A DNA stretch of 64,000 nucleotides from assembly GCA_002718715.1 (NCBI GenBank), contig PBFJ01000014.1:12447-76446 (forward strand). The letters run 5' to 3'. This DNA is from a bacterium (GTDB lineage: Bacteria; Patescibacteriota; Gracilibacteria; UBA1369; GCA-2718715). Shown piece by piece: positions 9,101 to 15,081 of the stretch. The position numbers and the translations under genes are program-made. Position 1 is the stretch's first letter; the number at the start of each line of letters is the position of its first letter. The notes beneath the pieces are model-generated. The model had not been told where the DNA came from, did no database searches, and saw only the letters and a program-made list of their open reading frames with translations.

Positions 9101-10859
9101 TAAATTCTAGTAGATTATTAGAACCTTTATCCGTAAATACTTTAAGTTGTGGGTGGGCTTTACAAATTTTATAAATATCTAAAGGATCAATATTTAGAAC
9201 TTTTATTTTTTCTCCTTTGACATTAATAGCAGATTCAAATTCTATTTCATTTCCGTCCTTATCCTTAAGATTATTTTTAAGTTCAATTGTTTGAATTTGA
9301 AAGTTATTTAGTTCTTTTGATAAATCTAAGATTTCTTTAAAAGTGATATCTTGATCGATAACTAATTTTTGAATTTTAATGCTTGCAAAAATATCTTTAT
9401 TGCTTACTTTTTTATAGTCGGAATACTTAACTTCATTAAATTTAATGTTTTCAAATTCATTCACTGTATAACCTGCTGCTATATCTTCTAAAAAAAGAAG
9501 ATCTTTATTGGATTTAGATTTAGATTTGGATTCTAGGATATCAAAAATATGTTGGGAAATTTTTATCGATTCTCCTGTAAGTTTGATTGAATTAACCTTT
9601 TTTAATTGATCGGATTGAATTTTATTTAATTGGTCGGTACTACAGGTCAAAGTTTCAACTCCAGGAAAGCCTGAAGGGAGATTTTCAAAACCACTTATAT
9701 TTAAATCTATTAATTTATCCTTTAGTCTACTAATAATTGAGTCCGGGAGTTTATGATGAATGTTATCAAGAATATTTAAAGCTTCTTGCTGATCTATTGT
9801 ATCCAAATCGATGGCTTTTTGAAATTCAGAATCTTTTGTAGTTTCTTGAGACCGAAATAAGGATAAAATCTTAAGTTTATCTTGGATTGAAAAATCAGTA
9901 TTTTCAAAATCTAATTTACCTTCATCTATTATAATTTCTTGAGTACCATTTTTAAATTGTGTAACTCCATTTGGAATCAAAGACTCTAGAATTTGCAAAG
10001 TGCTTGGGTTTTCGATTTCAAAATTTAGTTTTAAAACTTGCTGTACAGCCTTAGATAAAAATTTTTCAAAATTGAATAAGTTTAGTTCAATCTTAACTGG
10101 ATTATAAGTTTTGGGTGCTTTGTTCATGGATCTAGGTAAAATGTAGAATTTGTCTTCTTTTTTTGCGCAAACCACATCACCTGAATTTAAGTATTGCTTA
10201 TATAAAAATTCTGGAACTTCGGCGTAAAGTGAATGTGTTTTTAAATATTCAACATCTCCAGTAAGTAAAAAATAGTCATTAACACTAATCTCACCTTCTT
10301 TTGATTCAAGAGAAGTTGATACAAGTTTTTTTAATTTTTCGTGATTTAGTTTTTCAGCATACTGAGTTTTAATCTGTTCAAGTGTTTTTTGATCTGGTTT
10401 GGATTTTAATACTGAGCAGATTAATTGATTAAAATTTACATTAAATTTATTTGCAAAATCCTGTAATTCAGGGAGTTGAATTTCTCCATTCTTTAGTAAT
10501 ATATTTAAGAGTTCAAGTTTAAGTTCTGAAATATCTGTTAAAGATGTATCTTCGCTTGAAAGTTTGGAAATTAAAAGCTGGAGTCTTTTACGAATTTCAG
10601 CTTGCTGGGCGATTTCACTTTTAAAAACTTTTGGATCAACCTTAAAAAGTGCCTCTAACATATCTTCAGCTACGTGTAGAAAAAGTCCGGATTCTAACGT
10701 ATCTTCGGTATCAATATTGATGGCATTGTCTAAAATTTCACTTATCTTGTCCTCTTCAGGTGATTTAACTAATTTGGTGTCTAAGAGATTTAGATCTAAT
10801 TTTGGTTCTGGGTTTTCTGTATTTTCTGGCGGTAGATTGTTCTGATTTGTTATGTTCAT
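3138..10859 (-). CDS. Giant pentapeptide-repeat protein (2573 aa) with an LRR-like N-terminal half
   Basis: Uninterrupted 7,722-nt ORF. The C-terminal ~1,350 aa are dominated by A(D/N)LxG pentapeptide repeats (e.g. [43 protein letters not shown]) in about eight blocks. These blocks are separated by 8 copies of a conserved linker (LPxGYxV..DGKxLYTIVGP). The N-terminal ~1,150-1,200 aa are non-repetitive with LRR-like stretches. No signal peptide or TM was seen. Confidence 0.95.
   Translation of the reverse strand: [2573 protein letters not shown]
3233..3368 (-). repeat. Intragenic repeat A, copy 1 (partner 5033-5168)
   Basis: 136 nt aligned by eye to 5033-5168 with a single mismatch (3325 vs 5125). 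Encodes the ...[9 protein letters not shown].P / [15 protein letters not shown]... segment. Confidence 0.9.
3429..3436 (-). repeat. G8 homopolymer on the coding strand of the giant gene
   Basis: Plus strand cctccccccccag, which is tgg ggg ggg agg on the minus strand (..YWGGRRR..). One of only two 8-nt G/C runs I found in the window. Confidence 0.9.
3958..4024 (-). repeat. Intragenic repeat B, copy 1 (partner 5175-5241; diverged third copy ~5873-5935)
   Basis: Identical 67-nt string gggcctactattgtataaagttttttaccatctacttctctttcaataacttgatatccttctggaa, encoding [22 protein letters not shown]. Confidence 0.9.
4930..4981 (-). repeat. Intragenic repeat C, copy 1 (partner 6121-6172)
   Basis: Identical 52-nt string tcttgtgtttgttgatcttgagattcagttaattgaatattaaaagttccat, encoding [16 protein letters not shown]. 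Confidence 0.9.
5033..5168 (-). repeat. Intragenic repeat A, copy 2 (partner 3233-3368)
   Basis: See copy 1; 135/136 identity read directly. Confidence 0.9.
5175..5241 (-). repeat. Intragenic repeat B, copy 2
   Basis: Identical to 3958-4024. Confidence 0.9.
6121..6172 (-). repeat. Intragenic repeat C, copy 2
   Basis: Identical to 4930-4981. Confidence 0.9.
7420..7533 (-). repeat. 2 x 57-nt tandem duplication inside the giant gene
   Basis: ctagagtttataatactggcattttctactgttt.. starts at 7420 and again at 7477. Encodes [17 protein letters not shown] / [17 protein letters not shown] (LRR-like). Confidence 0.85.
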
Positions 10860-10889
10860 GGGACTTTAGGTTAAATTTGAGGTTTTAAT

Positions 10890-11261
10890 TTAAATATTTT
10901 TAATTAATTGATTGATTTGAGCTTGGAGCTCTAAAGGTTCTTGAGCTTTGGCTTGGTTATCTAGGATCTTTTCGACCTCTTTGCTTAGTTTTGGATCATT
11001 GCGTTCTTGCAGAGTATGAGAAAGATCTTCTAAGAAGTCGATGTTCTTAGTCATTTTATCTTTGAAGGCAAATTCAATCAAGACAGGATACTTAGTACAA
11101 AGTTGATTTATCTCTTGCTTAAGAGCTTTTAGATCACGTGCAGAGCCAAGTTCAAAAAGAATTGCAGTAAGAGTAATTTGATCCAAAAAATTTTGGTTAT
11201 AATCCTCTTTCAATTTTAGTAAAAGATTTTGGGCGTAAACAATGGCTTTTTCAGCTAGCAT
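10890..11261 (-). CDS. Hypothetical small acidic helical protein (123 aa), upstream partner of the giant gene
   Basis: Intact ORF whose stop lies 30 nt upstream of the 2573-aa ORF on the same strand. No TM or signal peptide. No family recognised. Confidence 0.65.
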   Translation of the reverse strand: MLAEKAIVYAQNLLLKLKEDYNQNFLDQITLTAILFELGSARDLKALKQEINQLCTKYPVLIEFAFKDKMTKNIDFLEDLSHTLQERNDPKLSKEVEKILDNQAKAQEPLELQAQINQLIKNI

Positions 11262-11360
11262 TAAATCAATTTAATTATCATTTATTATAGCAGAAATTGC
11301 TTTTTTAAGCAAGGTTTTTGTTGTTATTTACTTACTTTCTTGTATGATTTATTATGTATT

Positions 11361-11388
11361 TTACAGTATTGATTAAATGTGATATAAT
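11361..11388 (+). promoter_or_regulatory. Sigma70-like promoter with extended -10 for the 793-aa gene
   Basis: TTACAG (11361-11366), 16-nt spacer, TGaTATAAT (11380-11388); 24 nt upstream of the ATG at 11413. Confidence 0.5.
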
Positions 11389-11412
11389 TAACAGATTAAA
11401 ATAATTTAAAAC

Positions 11413-13794
11413 ATGGTTAAATTCAAAAGTAATTTAGAGAGAAATAAATTCAATCCACATCAGTATATTAAGTTTATAAAAGAACCTAATAATCGAAGAT
11501 TCCATGACTTAGATTGTCTGTTGTGGTCAAAACTTTTTAATACAGATAAAAGGTTAAATGAAATTGTAAAAGATCTAGTAGTAGACTACTCTTACAATGA
11601 AAACGATGAAGCAAATAGAGTATTGATTTATAGATCTGATCCAAGTGGAGAATATCAAGATATAAGAATCTTTATTAGTAAAATGATTAGCGACAAATTT
11701 AAAATTCTTGAAAGTCATAATTTAAATGAATTTCAAATTTTTGAAATTTTTAAAGCGTCTAAGTTTAAATATTTAACATCAATTTCTAAATTTATTAGAG
11801 ACCCTGAAGCGAAAAAATATGCAGAAACTCAAGCTGAAATTGCAAACATCAAGGAACCTAGTTTAAGTGGAGATGACCATCCTGTTTTAGTTAATAATGA
11901 CCCAAGTTTAAGTGGAGACGACAATCCTGCTTACAACCCAGATTTAGAACCTAGACTGACTGACAAAACACCTATTCACGAAAGAAGTACAGTAGAAACT
12001 CCTAAAAATGTAGTTGCAGATGTAGAACTAACAAGAAGATTTGTGCTTAAGGGACTATTAGCTGCCGCTGTCGCCGGCTCAACAATAAAAATTTTAGAGC
12101 CCACTGATGAACTGGTATCAGATTCTAATACTATTCCCGGTTTTGATTCAGTACCTAGCCCGGTAACTCCCCCCCCTGCTGACCATCAAATAAATCATGA
12201 GCCTTTACCTGGTCCAATTAATCCTTCAGAAGAACCTGAAGCAAATGAAAATGCTCTCGAGACTCTGAGTAGAAATCAACTAATAGAGAAGTTAAAAGAG
12301 GTAACTGAAAGTTACAAAGATGCAACTAAGAAGGCTTCTACTTTTATGCTGACCGAAAGCCCAGAAAATGAATTTTTTATAAAAGCCATAGATTTAATAA
12401 GTAAAATCAACCTAAGTGCAGAAGAATTCCTAGAATTAAAGCTAATTGAAAGTTGTAATCTTGTGAAATTTAAATCTGATAAAACTAGAATTGATAATCT
12501 TGCAGGTAAAGCGATGGTCCAAAGTGATAAGTGGTTGATAAAACTTCTTCAAAGAGCTTATGATACTAGAAGAGAAAGAGAAGAAAGAGCTAATGATTTT
12601 GGTGATGGAAACTTTTACAATGCAATTACTTCAGTATGTTCTGAATTAGAAAACGAAGTACATACTGGCACTAAAGATACAGTGGATTTATTTCCAGAAA
12701 TTAAGGATGTTCTTTTTGATCCAAACGTTATTGAATCAATCTTGATGATAGAAGGTGGTTTTAGAGCTGATGATTTAATGAATTCTACAGCAGTTTTAGC
12801 AATCACAAGGTCTTTGATAAATAGCGGTGAATTTAATCCAAATTTTGGTTCTGCAGATGTATATAGTGGTAAACATAGAATGAAAATTGCTCTTAATCAC
12901 ATTCTAACAAGTGTATTTATTCAAAAAGGAAAATTTAACAATAAACATGTTAAAAGATATTTTGATGATCTAGGTATCTTAGAATCTTTTAAAGATAGCA
13001 ATGATAACACTGAAAGAACTTGGACATCTTATCGATTAAAAAAATGTAGCCCTTTCTCTTCTTATAAGCTACGTAACAATCCAGCAAGACATGCTCCTAC
13101 AGAAACTAAAATAGCTGAAATTTTAATTGATCCACAAGCTTCAGTTAAATTAGCGTTAATGTCCTACAGAGAAAATTTACATTATTGTAGATCAGCCCTA
13201 GTAAATAACATTGATAACCTAAGAGAATTTGCAAATCCTCAAGCTGTGTCTAACTTTTGGTTAAAAATTGTAGCTTCTACTAATATTTGTGGAGGACCTA
13301 GAGTAGGAAAATTTTTAAGAGAGTTAGCTAAATACCCTGGATTTATATCAGATGATGAATTTGAAAATTTAAATTTAGAACAAGAACGACAGACTCTTCA
13401 AAAATTTGCAAAACTTATCAAGTTCTCAGAACTAAAAAGTAAAAGACAAATTAGGGCGATGTCTAGATCTGAAAGAAATGATTACTACAATTCTATAAAA
13501 GCTGAATTTCAAAATACCGAAAAATACCCGAAGAAAAAAACTGAAGAAGAACTAAATGAAATGAGTTTAGAAGATCTACAAAAACATATTGCAAATTATA
13601 ATAAAGCTTTAAAAAATTGGTATGAAACTATCTTGAATCAAAAAAGACGTAATAAGTTAATATATCATCCTGAATACTCTGAAAAGGTAGATAATATAAT
13701 GAGTACAATTAACTTAACTCCTCATATTGAAACTCAATTAGACCTAAGTAAAGCTCAAGCCTTAAGCAATCCACTGAACACTGATAATCTTTAA
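11413..13794 (+). CDS. Hypothetical membrane-anchored large protein (793 aa) with an internal Tat-like signal-anchor
   Basis: Long ORF. aa 207-228 read TRRFVLKGLLAAAVAGSTIKIL (nt ~12031-12096). Duplicated motif EPSLSGDDHP / DPSLSGDDNP at aa ~148-172. The ~560-aa C-terminal domain has no recognised family. Confidence 0.85.
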   Translation: MVKFKSNLERNKFNPHQYIKFIKEPNNRRFHDLDCLLWSKLFNTDKRLNEIVKDLVVDYSYNENDEANRVLIYRSDPSGEYQDIRIFISKMISDKFKILESHNLNEFQIFEIFKASKFKYLTSISKFIRDPEAKKYAETQAEIANIKEPSLSGDDHPVLVNNDPSLSGDDNPAYNPDLEPRLTDKTPIHERSTVETPKNVVADVELTRRFVLKGLLAAAVAGSTIKILEPTDELVSDSNTIPGFDSVPSPVTPPPADHQINHEPLPGPINPSEEPEANENALETLSRNQLIEKLKEVTESYKDATKKASTFMLTESPENEFFIKAIDLISKINLSAEEFLELKLIESCNLVKFKSDKTRIDNLAGKAMVQSDKWLIKLLQRAYDTRREREERANDFGDGNFYNAITSVCSELENEVHTGTKDTVDLFPEIKDVLFDPNVIESILMIEGGFRADDLMNSTAVLAITRSLINSGEFNPNFGSADVYSGKHRMKIALNHILTSVFIQKGKFNNKHVKRYFDDLGILESFKDSNDNTERTWTSYRLKKCSPFSSYKLRNNPARHAPTETKIAEILIDPQASVKLALMSYRENLHYCRSALVNNIDNLREFANPQAVSNFWLKIVASTNICGGPRVGKFLRELAKYPGFISDDEFENLNLEQERQTLQKFAKLIKFSELKSKRQIRAMSRSERNDYYNSIKAEFQNTEKYPKKKTEEELNEMSLEDLQKHIANYNKALKNWYETILNQKRRNKLIYHPEYSEKVDNIMSTINLTPHIETQLDLSKAQALSNPLNTDNL
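12169..12176 (+). repeat. C8 homopolymer in the coding sequence of the 793-aa gene
   Basis: act ccc ccc cct (..VTPPPA..), just downstream of the membrane anchor. Confidence 0.9.
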
Positions 13795-13819
13795 GATTGT
13801 ATTAAGTTTTAAAGTAAAA

Positions 13820-13854
13820 AGTGTGATGCTAGATGGTTGGCTCACGCTTTTTTT
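13820..13854 (+). terminator. Rho-independent terminator after the 793-aa gene
   Basis: agtgtga / tcacgct 7-bp stem (one G-U pair) followed by T7 (13848-13854). The loop is rather large. Confidence 0.5.
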
Positions 13855-14056
13855 ATAAAAATATTTGGATACTAATTTGGAAGTTTTATTTAATTGATTT
13901 TGAATCTGTTGTAGTTTCTTTTAAAACTTTCAATACTGATTTACGAATTAAATTACAAGAGCTGGTGAGTGTTAAGGTTGCAACAATAGTTCCAGTAATT
14001 ACAGCTTTATTTAGCCTATGTAAATCATTGGGTTTGAGTTCTTTCATATTAATTAA

Positions 14057-14974
14057 TTAAAAAAATAGCATTATTGTTGGAATGTAAAATAAAGCAAAAA
14101 TGGTACTTATTAAAACTGCGATAGCTGCTTTGTCGGGGTGAACTTTTAGTTCCGTTGCAAGAGCTACAGTGTTTGCAGCTAATGGAACAATCGACATTAA
14201 AATCAAAATACTATGAACCTGTGCACTATAAAAATTTAAATATAAGTTATCAATTACAATAATTGATAAAACTACTGCAGGCCATATTAAAAATTTAGCT
14301 AAGAAAGTTAAACTCATGAATTTAAAGTCGATATGGCTTCTTTTAACACTTGATAGACCCATTCCAATTAACATCATACCCAATAGAGTATAAGCACCTT
14401 TAAAACTTTGAATTGTTGTTACTGCTAATTCTCCTAGATTGAATCCTAGATAATTCAGAGTTAAACCTGCAAAAAAAGCATATACTGTTGGTAATTTAAG
14501 TACTTTTTTAAAACTTTCGTAAGCTGTGTGACTGCCCTTTGCTGTAATAAAAAAACCTAAAGTATTTTCATAAAGTACAAAACCTAAAATCGATAAAACA
14601 GCTAAACTAAAAGCTTCTTCTCCAAGAACACCCATAACAACCGGCAGTCCAAAATAACCTGTATTACCTGTACCGGAAGTAAAGGCCAGAATGTTTTTTG
14701 TAGAGTCATTTTTAAATATTTTATTTCCGATCCAAAGAAAAAGTAAGCAAATCAAACAAGAAATAATTAAAAACAAAAGTGGTAATGTTAAATTGGCAAA
14801 ATTTAATTGTACAGTATAAGTACCATAAAAAATTACAACTGGACCAATCATGTAAATTAAAAGTTTAGCAATTCCTTCTTTTCCAACCTCTAGATATTTT
14901 GTAGCTACAAAACCCAAATAAATCATTAAATAAAGAGGAATTATCTTTAGTAAGATCGTCATAAAAATACTCAT
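14057..14974 (-). CDS. AEC (auxin efflux carrier / Mem_trans) family permease
   Basis: 305 aa and polytopic. The N-terminus MSIFMTILLKIIPLYLMIYLGFVATKYL and overall ~10-TM layout are typical of the AEC family. Confidence 0.7.
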   Translation of the reverse strand: MSIFMTILLKIIPLYLMIYLGFVATKYLEVGKEGIAKLLIYMIGPVVIFYGTYTVQLNFANLTLPLLFLIISCLICLLFLWIGNKIFKNDSTKNILAFTSGTGNTGYFGLPVVMGVLGEEAFSLAVLSILGFVLYENTLGFFITAKGSHTAYESFKKVLKLPTVYAFFAGLTLNYLGFNLGELAVTTIQSFKGAYTLLGMMLIGMGLSSVKRSHIDFKFMSLTFLAKFLIWPAVVLSIIVIDNLYLNFYSAQVHSILILMSIVPLAANTVALATELKVHPDKAAIAVLISTIFALFYIPTIMLFF

Positions 14975-15081
14975 AATAATTAGTTAACAAGTAACATATA
15001 TAATCCTTTTACCAGGTATTGTCAAGAATGCAAAACTGTTCTAATTAAAATAATTTTAACTCTAAATAGATTTAGATTTCT

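Noticed and set aside
7387-10845. Plus-strand ORFs 7387-7710, 8820-9023 and 10564-10845, and the plus-strand ORF 4595-4792.
   Set aside because: Short, low-complexity ORFs entirely antisense to the giant ORF, with no independent signals.
12615-12806. Other short antisense ORFs: 399-611, 678-890, 2018-2209, 2462-2656, 12615-12806, 18318-18509, 21438-21620, 25925-26167, 26534-26785, 27635-28310, 32043-32288, 32783-32983, 35410-35619, 36055-36270, 44761-44964, 48466-48711, 49659-49862, 50957-51202, 56573-56794, 59587-59785, 60105-60338, 60714-60953, 61736-61936 and 62147-62329.
   Set aside because: Each is 60-95 aa and is fully or largely embedded, in antisense or an alternate frame, within a longer and better-supported gene. 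None has recognisable motifs or expression signals.
13833-14060. 75-aa plus-strand ORF, and a 53-aa minus-strand ORF (13886-14047) in the spacer after the AEC permease gene.
   Set aside because: Neither has a recognisable family. The plus-strand ORF begins inside the terminator of the 793-aa gene. The minus-strand ORF (MKELKPNDLHRLNKAVITGTIVATL..) is possible but unsupported, so it is not reported as a feature.
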